This document shows positions 37,570 to 52,493 of a stretch of 64,000 bases of DNA, one piece after another. The stretch is from assembly GCA_963662275.1 (NCBI GenBank), contig OY759316.1:3072001-3136000 (forward strand), read 5' to 3'. Each line of letters starts with the position of its first letter. Positions within the stretch are counted from its first letter, which is position 1. Source of the stretch: Candidatus Cloacimonadales bacterium. Lineage in GTDB: Bacteria; Cloacimonadota; Cloacimonadia; Cloacimonadales; DAONDQ01. The notes below the pieces were generated by a model. That model was not told the DNA's origin. It worked only from the letters and a program-made list of their open reading frames with translations, and did not search any database. A program made the position numbers and the translations under genes.

Positions 37570-38247
37570 ATGAATAGAGACAGCAAGAAACCAGTAAGTT
37601 TTTTAGAAAAAGTTCCCCTCTCACCAAAACAGAGTATGGGTGAAGAGATAGCGAATGCAATAACACATGGAATTGGTGTTGGGCTGAGTATTGCAGCCCT
37701 GGTTCTCCTGGTAATATATGCCAACAGGCAAGATGATACTTGGAAAGTGGTTAGCTTCAGTATCTACGGTGCTATGATGATTCTGTTATATATCATATCT
37801 ACACTTTATCATAGTTTACAAAATCAGACGGTCAAGCGTTTATTCCGTATCCTGGATCATTCCTCAATTTTTTTACTCATCGCCGGAACCTATACTCCGA
37901 TCACGCTTATTATGAGAGGGGGTTGGGGATGGTCTATTTTTGGCGTTATTTGGGGATTAACAATCCTGGGCATTTTCATGAAGATATTTTTTTTGGGTAA
38001 GATGAAACTAATCTCACCGATTATTTATGTTGCTATGAGCTGTATTGTCATTTTAGCAATCAAACCCGTTTTAACCCATGTTCCTCATGCTGTTATCTTA
38101 TGGATATTGATTGGTGGTGGATTTTATATCTTAGGTATCTTATTTTACTTGTGGAGAAAGATGCCCTATCATCATACTGTATGGCATTTATTCGTATTGG
38201 CTGGAAGCATATCCCATTTTTTTGCCATGCTGCAGTATGTGAGATAG
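37570..38247 (+). CDS. Hemolysin III / PAQR family membrane protein
   Basis: Motifs EEIANAITHG, STLYH, DHSSIFLLIAGTYTP and HTVWHLFV. Confidence 0.93.
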   Translation: MNRDSKKPVSFLEKVPLSPKQSMGEEIANAITHGIGVGLSIAALVLLVIYANRQDDTWKVVSFSIYGAMMILLYIISTLYHSLQNQTVKRLFRILDHSSIFLLIAGTYTPITLIMRGGWGWSIFGVIWGLTILGIFMKIFFLGKMKLISPIIYVAMSCIVILAIKPVLTHVPHAVILWILIGGGFYILGILFYLWRKMPYHHTVWHLFVLAGSISHFFAMLQYVR

Positions 38248-38291
38248 TTCATCTCATACAAGTCATATCAAACAGAAAAATATAAGAAATG

Positions 38292-39608
38292 TTATTTCAC
38301 TAACATGATCTTTTTCGTTACTTGTCTATTTCCCACTTTCAATTTACATAGATACATACCACTAGATACGTTGTTGTTATTCTGATCAAGTCCATCCCAC
38401 GTACTTTGATGCTGTCCCAATTGTTGATATTCATTTGCCAGGGTTCTGACTTTTTCTCCTCTAACATTATAGATCTCGAGTTCAACTTTTTGAACATCTG
38501 AAAGATCATATTTCAACGTTATTGATGGATTGAAAGGATTCGGGTAACATGTAATATTGAGTGATAAATCGGGTACAGAGACGTTTGGATCATTTGGTTC
38601 AATAGCGACAAAATTATCCTGTTTGATTAATCCCATAGTTGTACCTACCCATCTCACATCTGCATTATCAACCGCAAGAGCTGTGATTTCGTTGGTCAGG
38701 AAAGTGGAATCACTGAGAGTATATGCAGTCCATTGAGTACCATTTTTTTTAATCAATCCCTGGTTCGTAGTACCAAACCAAATCGCTTGAGTATTACCTT
38801 GGCTGATACAGGAAATACTTGCATTATTGGTGAATGGTGAATTCAAAGACGAATAGGAAATCCAATCTATACCATCAAACATACAAACAGCATGATTTGA
38901 AGTTCCAATCCAAAGTTCATTTTGTGCACTATAAAGCATTGATAGAGTTGCATTGATTGGTTTGTTAGTAGTCAATTGATTATAAGCAGTCCAATTTGAT
39001 CCATCATATCTTACCAAACCTGCGCTTTCTGTACCTAACCATGTACCATTAAGAAAATCGAAGACGATAGAATTTACGATACTTTGAGGTATGCCCGAAT
39101 TCAAAGTAGTATAATCAAGCCAGCCACCGTGTGAAAATTCGGATACAAGAGATGATCTGCCAACCCAAATATCTCCCTGTGTATCAGATTTAAGTGAATG
39201 TATCCCAGTAATACCCTCATACGTAATCCATTGATTACCGTCAAAAGAAACGAGATTTCCGTCACTTGATGCAATCCATACAAAGTCATCAGTATCTATC
39301 GCAACTGCTGTAACATTATTCCCACTCATGCCCGAATTTGAAGTATTATAAATTGACCATGTGTTTCCATCGTATTTTACCAATCCATTGGGAGTTCCTA
39401 TCCATTTATTGATATTTCCATCAAGCGTAATACAATTAATAATATTGCTGGGTAATGGGCTGTTGGATGTATCATAAAGCGTCAAGCTTCTAAGATTAGA
39501 AGTCCTCTCATAAGAAACAGGATAGTTTTGAGTACTTTCAGCAGCAAATACAATTTGTATAAAACAAAGAATATTTACTATTGTTAAGAATGTGATCATT
39601 ATCTTCAT
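38292..39608 (-). CDS. Secreted beta-propeller (two-component-regulator propeller repeats) protein with a FlgD-Ig/T9SS-like C-terminal domain
   Basis: Signal peptide, repeated WIGT/GL..YDG..W motifs, and the tail YPNPFNP...IYNVRGEKV. Confidence 0.88.
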   Translation of the reverse strand: MKIMITFLTIVNILCFIQIVFAAESTQNYPVSYERTSNLRSLTLYDTSNSPLPSNIINCITLDGNINKWIGTPNGLVKYDGNTWSIYNTSNSGMSGNNVTAVAIDTDDFVWIASSDGNLVSFDGNQWITYEGITGIHSLKSDTQGDIWVGRSSLVSEFSHGGWLDYTTLNSGIPQSIVNSIVFDFLNGTWLGTESAGLVRYDGSNWTAYNQLTTNKPINATLSMLYSAQNELWIGTSNHAVCMFDGIDWISYSSLNSPFTNNASISCISQGNTQAIWFGTTNQGLIKKNGTQWTAYTLSDSTFLTNEITALAVDNADVRWVGTTMGLIKQDNFVAIEPNDPNVSVPDLSLNITCYPNPFNPSITLKYDLSDVQKVELEIYNVRGEKVRTLANEYQQLGQHQSTWDGLDQNNNNVSSGMYLCKLKVGNRQVTKKIMLVK

Positions 39609-39686
39609 GATTTACCTCCCAAAAATTTAAATTAGAGTATTTTTTCCGAAACAGCTATGTCAAGAAAGATTCTTGTTTTTTGAACT

Positions 39687-41036
39687 TCAATGTTTTTTCT
39701 TTGTTGATATGGCATTATACAATAGCTCATTAACTTCAGAATTCATCATAATCTGATTGGGTTCGTTAAATGAATGTAATGCATTTGTAGTCCATAATAT
39801 ATGATCCCATGCTGATCTTCCGTTTTTGTCCTTTAGTTTTGCATTGGCTCCATTGGCAAGAAGGATTTTAACAACTTCCGGATTCGTGCCAAAACTTGCT
39901 GCATGCATGAGAGGGGTCCATAACTCATGATCTTTGTCATTTATTCCAGCTCCATTCTTAATCAGATAAACAACCATATCCGGATTGATGTTTCTGACAC
40001 AATACATTAAAACAGTCTCCCCCTGTTTATCAATAGCATTCACCTTCATACCAATATGAATAAGTGTTTTAAGAATTTCAGGATCGCTATTGTACTGTGA
40101 TGCGAACATGAGCGCATCCGTACCATCCTTGTTTGTCATCCTGATATCAGAACCCATCTCATAAAGAGCTAAAAGAACCTTCGGATTGGTATTTTCGCAA
40201 GCAGCTAACATAAATAACGTTTTCCCATCTGAATATCTCATATTTTTATCAGCACCACATTTAACAAACGCTCTCACTATTTCCGGATTCGAATTATACA
40301 TGGCAGCTAACATCACAGGAGTAAAACCTGTTGAGCTTTTCGAATCCATTTTCTCTCCTGCACTTATTAGTTCCCTAATAGCATCAGGATGAGAATTATG
40401 CAAGGCAGCTATCATTAATGCATCGACTTGCATTTGTTTGTTTTTGGATCCTAATTTGTATTTATAGGAAATATCAGCACCTGCTGCAATCAGTGTTGCT
40501 ATCGAAGAAGAATCCTGCATCGTTGCAGCATGAGCCAAAGCAGTCATACCATCTTTATCTCTCTCGTTTATCAAATTATCACTCTTTAGAGCAAGAATCT
40601 TTAGCATATCAGAATTTTTGTTCAAACAAGCGTTCATCAATGCCGTGCGACCTTTTTTATCAGTTGCATTCTTAAATCCTTTAGCTCTCACCAAGATTCG
40701 CAAAATGTTAGAATTTGTACCAGTTCTAGCATAAAAGATAACTGCATTTTCTCCATTTTTATCGCATATTTTTACCTTTGCTCCTAAATTTAACAACTCT
40801 TGGACAACTTCTGGAGAAGCTTCATATTTAATCGCCAGCAGCAAGGGAGTTCTCCCAAAAGCGTCCTTTTCATTGATTTTAGCACCGTTTTGTACCATAT
40901 TCCTTACTTGCAAAACAGTTAACGCTCGGAAGTCAGTGGTATCCTTAACAAAGCTGATTCCATAAATACTTTGTAGAAAAAATGAAAGAATAATGATTAG
41001 CGATATGCGAGTCATATTATACTTCATAATTTTCAT
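39687..41036 (-). CDS. Ankyrin repeat protein with a signal peptide
   Basis: About 10 G.T.LM.A...N repeats. Confidence 0.9.
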   Translation of the reverse strand: MKIMKYNMTRISLIIILSFFLQSIYGISFVKDTTDFRALTVLQVRNMVQNGAKINEKDAFGRTPLLLAIKYEASPEVVQELLNLGAKVKICDKNGENAVIFYARTGTNSNILRILVRAKGFKNATDKKGRTALMNACLNKNSDMLKILALKSDNLINERDKDGMTALAHAATMQDSSSIATLIAAGADISYKYKLGSKNKQMQVDALMIAALHNSHPDAIRELISAGEKMDSKSSTGFTPVMLAAMYNSNPEIVRAFVKCGADKNMRYSDGKTLFMLAACENTNPKVLLALYEMGSDIRMTNKDGTDALMFASQYNSDPEILKTLIHIGMKVNAIDKQGETVLMYCVRNINPDMVVYLIKNGAGINDKDHELWTPLMHAASFGTNPEVVKILLANGANAKLKDKNGRSAWDHILWTTNALHSFNEPNQIMMNSEVNELLYNAISTKKKH

Positions 41037-41174
41037 GATCCCTCCCACTTCAGAATTTTGTAATATATCCGATTTTTTGTAAAGTTTTATTAGTAAAAGC
41101 TATATAATTCTTTCCAAAGAAGAGCATATTGTTGATTAGACATGATTATATATTTGTAAATTTCATCGGCTAAA

Positions 41175-43286
41175 ATCGAGTAGGGTGATGCTGGCTAATT
41201 AATTCCAGCATCATCCCTCTCACAGAACCGTGCGTACGGGTCTCGTACACGGCTCCTGATAATCCTTGTAATTACTCGTAGTAATTAAATAAAACACTTG
41301 TCTGAAGTGATGTCAAATCAAACAACTTCATTTCTTCAAACCACTTGTTCGGCAAGGCAAAGCATAAGTGGAAGCTCTGAGCGTTACGCCATCTGGTCAT
41401 AGATAGTTTTGGGCATTCTCCCTTGAAGCCTTGTCTGCGCATTGCTTTATGGAATGCTTTCCAGCTCTTCCATTCACGCATCTTCTTCATTCGAAGCCTC
41501 CTTCGTATCCATTCCATCAGGCTCGCAAAGATGCTTTTACAACTCGCAACTTTGAAATAGTTACCCCATCCCCTTAGTACAGGATTCAGGCTTCCTATCG
41601 TCATGGATATTGGGATGCCACTGTTGCGGGGAGTAAGCTTACGTATCTTATCCTTGAAACGTTTCAAACGCTCCTTGTCGATGCAGACACGGCTTCCTTT
41701 GATGAAAAATCCCAGATAGCTGATTCCTGTTTCGACACTGCTGATATGAGTCTTTTCCAGATTGACTTGCAAGCGAAGTTCTTCAAGTATCGCTGTCGCT
41801 ATCCTTTGATATTGCTCTGCCTTTTTCCTGGTCGGAGCAAATATCAGGATGTCATCAGCATAACGTACTATCCTGATGTTCCGCTGTTTCATCCTCTGGT
41901 CAAACTCATCCAGATAGATATTCATCAATAAGGGTGAGATTACCCCACCTTGTGGACTGCCTATCTCAGTTGCTTTGAAATCCCCATCGACCATTACTCC
42001 TGATTTGAGAAAACTGCGGATTAACCTCAGGAGTGTTCCATCACTGATTTTCCTGTTCAGACTGCTCAATATCAGTTCGTGGTCTAAGGTGTCAAAACAT
42101 TTGGATAAGTCCATATTCACAGCATAACCCAAATTGTACGCTGTAAGAAAACGCTGAGCTTTCGCTACGGCATGTTGGCAAGACCGATGCGGTCTGTAGC
42201 CATAACTGGACGGATGGAAGTCAGGCTCAAATATCGGTTGTATGATATTCAGGATTGCCTGCTGCACTACCCTGTCTCTTACCGTTGGAATGCCTAGCGG
42301 TCTCATTTTGCCATTGGGTTTGGGTATCTCTAACCGCCTTACAGGTGATGGCTCGTAAGTACCTGCCATTAGTTCGTCGTGAAGTTGGTTGATGTTCACT
42401 GCCAGTTGTTCGTCAAAGTTTTCTATACTCTGCCCATCAATGCCTGATGCACCTTTATTTCGTTTTACCGAAGTGAAGGAAGCATATAGGTTGGGCAGGG
42501 AGTACACCTTGTCGATTAAGCTGTAGTATTTTCTCATGACATTTCCTGTCTCATTGTGATTCGTCTTGAGGTGTTCATCGATGATGATTGTCTCTTCATC
42601 AGGTTGTCCTGCCTTCTTTAGCATATAGCAATATGACAAAACTACGGCTTGTCAGCTTTCCCTGATTACTCAGTCTCGTGCGGTCGGGTTTGAAAGGAAG
42701 TTCGTCACCACTGTCAAACCGAGCCTCGAAGCATTTCAGCTTCTTCCTTCGTTTCTCACTTTTCATCGATTACTTTCCACATTTCAAATCATGCCTTCGG
42801 ATTATCTTCATCCCTTCGCATGAACTGTAGCCTTTTGAGATACAGAACTCAGCATTACCGTGAATGCTGTCCCTTTTGTTTTATCCTCCAGACTGTCACC
42901 AGCTTTCATAGGCAAAAGGTTAATCACTACTACGGAATCATCTGCCACCTGCTACCGCTTGGCTTCTCACTTGTCTTTCAACTTGATCGAAGCTACTACC
43001 TTAAGTAGACAATAACAGGCTTCCCCAGTTAAGTTTTCCTGCCTGAATATGAAGCCATCTGTCATAATCTGTAGAGTTATCCAGCTTTCGGGCTTTCCCA
43101 CTTTTAGAAAGGTTACCCACTCTACAAACCAACATCAGTTCACTTGCGCTATGTTCCATATTCCCTCTGCGTCTTACTTCAGACCCTGCCGTTGCCGGCA
43201 ACGCCCTTGACCTCGAGTTGACTTCCCGCTGATTAGGTGTCAGGACTTCTTCCAGTCCATCGGCGCAGAAAACATTCTGGGCAAAC
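41175..43286 (-). mobile_element. Group IIC intron (~2.1 kb)
   Basis: Short domain V GAGCCGTGTACGAGACCCGTACGCACGGTTC, domain VI ending CTACTCGAT, and 5' end GTTTGCCC directly after a terminator hairpin. Confidence 0.88.
41272..42537 (-). CDS. ltrA: Group II intron reverse transcriptase/maturase (no endonuclease domain)
   Basis: Motifs RPLGIPTVRDR, SYGYRP, PQGGVISPLL, YADD and LRGWGNYF. Probable start MRKYYSLIDK. Confidence 0.95.
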   Translation of the reverse strand: MRKYYSLIDKVYSLPNLYASFTSVKRNKGASGIDGQSIENFDEQLAVNINQLHDELMAGTYEPSPVRRLEIPKPNGKMRPLGIPTVRDRVVQQAILNIIQPIFEPDFHPSSYGYRPHRSCQHAVAKAQRFLTAYNLGYAVNMDLSKCFDTLDHELILSSLNRKISDGTLLRLIRSFLKSGVMVDGDFKATEIGSPQGGVISPLLMNIYLDEFDQRMKQRNIRIVRYADDILIFAPTRKKAEQYQRIATAILEELRLQVNLEKTHISSVETGISYLGFFIKGSRVCIDKERLKRFKDKIRKLTPRNSGIPISMTIGSLNPVLRGWGNYFKVASCKSIFASLMEWIRRRLRMKKMREWKSWKAFHKAMRRQGFKGECPKLSMTRWRNAQSFHLCFALPNKWFEEMKLFDLTSLQTSVLFNYYE

Positions 43287-43287
43287 T

Positions 43288-43317
43288 AAAAACTGCCGAC
43301 TTATTCAGTCGGCAGTT
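43288..43317 (-). terminator. gdhA intrinsic terminator (intron target)
   Basis: AACTGCCGACT-GAATA-AGTCGGCAGTT followed by TTT. Confidence 0.85.
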
Positions 43318-43339
43318 GATATCAATTTGTGTTTATTTT

Positions 43340-44689
43340 TTAGACAAGACCTTGAGCAAGCATTGCATTTGCAACCTTCTTAAAACCGGCAATGTTAGCA
43401 CCATTCACGTAATTAACGAATGTACCAACTTTACCCTCACGTACACATTGCTCATGAATTTTGATCATGATGCTGTGGAGTTCTGCATCGACTCTTTCAG
43501 CGGGCCAGGAAGTGTGACCTGCGTTCTGAGACATTTCAAGTCCTGATGTTGCAACACCACCGGCGTTTGCAGCTTTGCCAGGACCATAGAGAATCTTCTT
43601 TTCGATGAATAATTCTACAGCTTTTGGTGTGGAAGGCATGTTAGCACCTTCAGATACACAGATAACACCATTAGCTAACAATTTCTTTGCATCTTTGTCA
43701 TCGAGCTCATTCTGCGTTGCACAAGGAAGAGCTACATCAGCCTTAACTCCCCAAGGGCGTTCACCTGGGAAGAATTTCACACCGTCTTTTGCATACTTTT
43801 CAGCGTATTCTTTAATACGACCACGTTTGTTATTCTTAAGGTCCATAAGAAATTCCCACTTTTCACCGGCAATACCTTTAGGATCAAGGATGTAACCTTC
43901 TGAGTCAGAAGCAGTGATAGCAATACCACCGAGTTGATTAATTTTCTGGATGGCATACTGTGATACGTTACCTGAACCGGAAACGAGAACTTTCAATCCC
44001 TTGAAACTCTTTTTCTTGGTTTTCAGCATTTCTTCAGCAAAATAAACACAGCCATAACCGGTAGCTTCCGGACGAATTAAGCTTCCGCCGTATGCAAGAC
44101 CTTTACCAGTTAAAACACCGGAGAATTCATTCTTGAGCTTTTTATACATACCAAACATGAAACCGATTTCACGTCCGCCAGTTCCAATATCACCTGCTGG
44201 AACGTCCATAATGGGTCCGATTATGCGACTTAATTCTAACATAAAGGATTGGATGAAACGCATAACTTCATTATCTGATTTGCCTTTCGGATCAAAATCA
44301 CTTCCACCTTTACCACCACCCATTGGGATAGTTGTAAGTGAATTCTTAAAGATCTGTTCAAATCCCAAAAACTTCAGGATTGATAAATTTACAGATGGGT
44401 GTAAGCGCAATCCACCTTTGTATGGTCCGATTGCGTTGTTGAATTGTACACGGTAACCGCGGTTGACTTGGATTTCACCTTTGTCATCCATCCATGGCAC
44501 GCGGAAAATCAGTGCGCGATCTGGTTCAACGATTCTTTCAAGAATGTTTGCTTTCACATAAGCGGGATTCGCAACATAGGCATCCCATACTGAGTCGACA
44601 ACTTCATTAACGGCTTGAATAAATTCAGGCTGATTTGGGTTACGTTCTGCAACTTTTTTTAAGAATTGGGATTTGGTCATTTTGGCCAT
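43340..44689 (-). CDS. gdhA: NADP-specific glutamate dehydrogenase
   Basis: Motifs GPYKGGLR, FEQIFKNSLT, GGGKGGSDFDP, RPEATGYG and GSGNV. GGAGG precedes ATG 44689. Confidence 0.95.
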   Translation of the reverse strand: MAKMTKSQFLKKVAERNPNQPEFIQAVNEVVDSVWDAYVANPAYVKANILERIVEPDRALIFRVPWMDDKGEIQVNRGYRVQFNNAIGPYKGGLRLHPSVNLSILKFLGFEQIFKNSLTTIPMGGGKGGSDFDPKGKSDNEVMRFIQSFMLELSRIIGPIMDVPAGDIGTGGREIGFMFGMYKKLKNEFSGVLTGKGLAYGGSLIRPEATGYGCVYFAEEMLKTKKKSFKGLKVLVSGSGNVSQYAIQKINQLGGIAITASDSEGYILDPKGIAGEKWEFLMDLKNNKRGRIKEYAEKYAKDGVKFFPGERPWGVKADVALPCATQNELDDKDAKKLLANGVICVSEGANMPSTPKAVELFIEKKILYGPGKAANAGGVATSGLEMSQNAGHTSWPAERVDAELHSIMIKIHEQCVREGKVGTFVNYVNGANIAGFKKVANAMLAQGLV

Positions 44690-44814
44690 GTTATTACCTC
44701 CATTATTTGATAAATTCTTCGTTCTGTTTAAATTCTTATGTTTAAGTGTCAAGAATTTCTTTATACAATCTATAAAACTTCAATTGAATCTTAGACTGCT
44801 GCCAGATATTGATG

Positions 44815-45825
44815 CTAATGAACCAATGTCATCCAGCGCATAATCTCGAAAATCAATGCAGTTGTCAATGCTGCGGCGGGAATCGTGACGATCCAGGCGA
44901 AAATGATCTTCCCAACTGTATCCCAGTGAACTGCTGAAATGCGTTTTGATGCTCCTACACCCATAACGGAAGTGGAAATGGCATGCGTTGTACTGATCGG
45001 TGCACCAAAGAATGAAGCTGTTATAATGACGGAAGCTGCGGCAGTCTCAGCGGCAAAACCATGGATTGGTTCCATCCGGAATATACCGTGACCCATTGTT
45101 TTAATGATTCTCCAACCACCTGTCACGGTACCGATGAACATTGCACTTGCACTTGCAATCTTAACCCACAAGGGAATGGTCATATCAGAGACGTGATTAA
45201 AGGAATAAAGAGCTAGGGTTATTATACCCATCGTCTTTTGGGCATCATTCATCCCATGACTGGTTGCCATAAAACCTGAGGAAAATATCTGCATTATGCG
45301 AAATCTTTTATTACATTTATGGGGATTAGCATTTTGGAATATCCAGGCTATCAATACCATTAACAAATATCCACCGATAAAACCTGCTAAAGGTGACATA
45401 AAAAGAGGGATTACTATTTTATCGATGATATTATGCCAATTTAGAACAGCCCACCCCCGGTAATTGATCGTTGCGCCCATCAATCCCCCAATGAGTGCGT
45501 GCGAAGAAGAAGAAGGCAATCCAAGCCACCAGGTAATTAAATTCCAGCAGATAGCACCCAATAAAGCTGCCAGGACTATTTCCTGGCATCCTGTCACTAA
45601 ATCAGGATTTACAATTCCACTTCCAATCGTATGAGCTACCTTTGTTCCAACAAAGGCACCAACAAAATTGAGAACTGCTGCCATGCAAACGGCAACCAGG
45701 GGAGACATGACCTTAGTGGAGACTACTGTCGCAATGGCATTGGCTGAATCATGAATGCCATTCGTGATATCGAATATTAATGCGATTCCGATTATCAAAG
45801 CTAGTAAAAATTCAATATTAGGCAT
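44815..45825 (-). CDS. pit: PiT family inorganic phosphate transporter
   Basis: Motifs NGIHDSANAIAT, PSSSSHALIG, HGMNDAQK and PISTTH. Confidence 0.93.
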   Translation of the reverse strand: MPNIEFLLALIIGIALIFDITNGIHDSANAIATVVSTKVMSPLVAVCMAAVLNFVGAFVGTKVAHTIGSGIVNPDLVTGCQEIVLAALLGAICWNLITWWLGLPSSSSHALIGGLMGATINYRGWAVLNWHNIIDKIVIPLFMSPLAGFIGGYLLMVLIAWIFQNANPHKCNKRFRIMQIFSSGFMATSHGMNDAQKTMGIITLALYSFNHVSDMTIPLWVKIASASAMFIGTVTGGWRIIKTMGHGIFRMEPIHGFAAETAAASVIITASFFGAPISTTHAISTSVMGVGASKRISAVHWDTVGKIIFAWIVTIPAAALTTALIFEIMRWMTLVH

Positions 45826-46447
45826 ATTTAAGAGAAATTCCTTCCAACATATTTGCCAAGTTTTCAGCACGAAGGACTGCTTTCTCTATACGATCATATA
45901 TCTGAGTCCAAGTGATGATTTCCACAATGGCATCTGTTTTCGTCAAATCGATCTGATAGATTTCAGTTAATGCCTGCAATAGAACGATATCGGATAGTTC
46001 TTTAAGTGTCTTTACCCTGCGTACATGTTCAGAAGCATCCTTCCTATTTAATGCAAGTTCTAATACATGATAAATTTCTTCGATCATGAAATTGAAGTTT
46101 GCGATCAATTCTTTTGAATGTTTGGTAAAAGTCGTTGAATTATGAAGACTCACGCGATTGGAAATCGTTTTAATCACATTGAGTAAAGCCTCTTGGGCAA
46201 CATTGATTTCATGGATATCTTCCCGATCCAAAGGTGTAATAAAAGTTAATGACAATTGACGGGTGATTTCACGAGAAATGCTATTTCCTTCAGCTTCTAT
46301 CAGTTGAATTTCTTTTACTTTATGGGGAATATCATCAGATGAAGTAAAAATCTCATTCAGTAATTTACATGCTTTCAGTATCTGTCTATTTTGCTGCATG
46401 AATAAATCACTAAACTTATAGGATTTAGGAAACAGGGAAAATTTCAT
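45818..46447 (-). CDS. DUF47 phosphate transport regulator (PhoU-like)
   Basis: Motif TFITPLDREDI. Directly upstream of pit. Confidence 0.9.
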   Translation of the reverse strand: MKFSLFPKSYKFSDLFMQQNRQILKACKLLNEIFTSSDDIPHKVKEIQLIEAEGNSISREITRQLSLTFITPLDREDIHEINVAQEALLNVIKTISNRVSLHNSTTFTKHSKELIANFNFMIEEIYHVLELALNRKDASEHVRRVKTLKELSDIVLLQALTEIYQIDLTKTDAIVEIITWTQIYDRIEKAVLRAENLANMLEGISLKYA

Positions 46448-46854
46448 ATCTGACTCCTGTTTTGATTATCATGTAAATTCAAATTGTAATAGGTAAACTC
46501 CAGAATATTGCAAATCTGTCAACCAAAGAGTGCATAATAATTAAGAATTACGAATTAAGAATTACGAATTGGGTTCTAAACAAGCTTGTAGGTATATAAA
46601 AAAGAAATAAGAGGTACATGAAAAAAGAAAGAAAAATTGTTGAATTTAACTAATCATGTTTATTAAATGATCATCTTAGTAAATGCGGTTATCAATGTAT
46701 CTAAACCTATTTTTTGTATCGAGAAGTACAAAATCATTCGATGATATTTGTTCATTTCCGTTTTTTTCGTATATTTCGTGTGTTTCGTGGTTAAAATCTG
46801 TTCTTCTCTTCCGTTCGCACTTCGTACTTCGGACTTACAAAGAAAAGGGCGTAA

Positions 46855-46970
<116 letters not shown>

Positions 46971-47042
46971 TTACGCCCTTCATACTTGTTCAATATGCTG
47001 AGTTAGGTAAGACGATAAAGGAGCAAGTGTAAAAGTTTTTAT

Positions 47043-50170
<3,128 letters not shown>

Positions 50171-50352
50171 ATCGACTTCTACACTCGCTCCCACGTCTAT
50201 ACTACTTTTCAAAGATCGCTGGCTGATATATCGCTATATCCGCCTGTTTAAATTATCAAAAAATGGAGTGAAGTCAGCGCTTTGCGAATGAAATTCATTT
50301 GTATGGAAGTTGACCATTTGATCTTACATTTTCTATTGATCGTTTCCTTACA

Positions 50353-51905
<1,553 letters not shown>

Positions 51906-52493
51906 CCTAAACTCATTATCTTCGCAAGTTGCTTCACTTTCACTCCACTTCTATGTTCATTTCAAAGATCGAAACAGGCTTCAACTTATCCGTCCCCGCC
52001 CATTTGGTTTTGCCAATCTGCTTATCCTCGTTTTCCTGTCAAGGATTTCGTATCATTTATTTTCTTTTTCGCTCTTAACAAGATGCTTTACGATAGGAAA
52101 CGTGATTATTCAGTTACAGTAAACATAATATATACAAGAAGTTAGAAACGCGCAACATATAAATCGAAATTGCATGAAAATTTCATACTTTTTTTACGGA
52201 AGCAAGTTCGAAGAAGCCTTATATATGCACGTTGGTGGTTTTAATAATCTTTTAGAGTTGCATATTAACATCGTTTTTTTTAAATATGTGCGGATATGAA
52301 AAATACATTCTGTATCTCGAAGTGATTACATATCATGGCTAAGATATAAACTTAAGGTAACGATCCCGCAAATCCTTCTGAATCTCTAAGATATGAAATC
52401 CGATAGCTTACGTGTAAACGTCAGGTTAAGGATTACCACGAAACAATATGAACCCCTACGAGGAGTGACATATCTCTTCATGTTACATTCAAA

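Noticed and set aside
41272..42537. Intron RT as the recent donor of the CRISPR RT
   Set aside because: The proteins share only generic RT motifs (YADD vs FGDD), so proximity looks coincidental.
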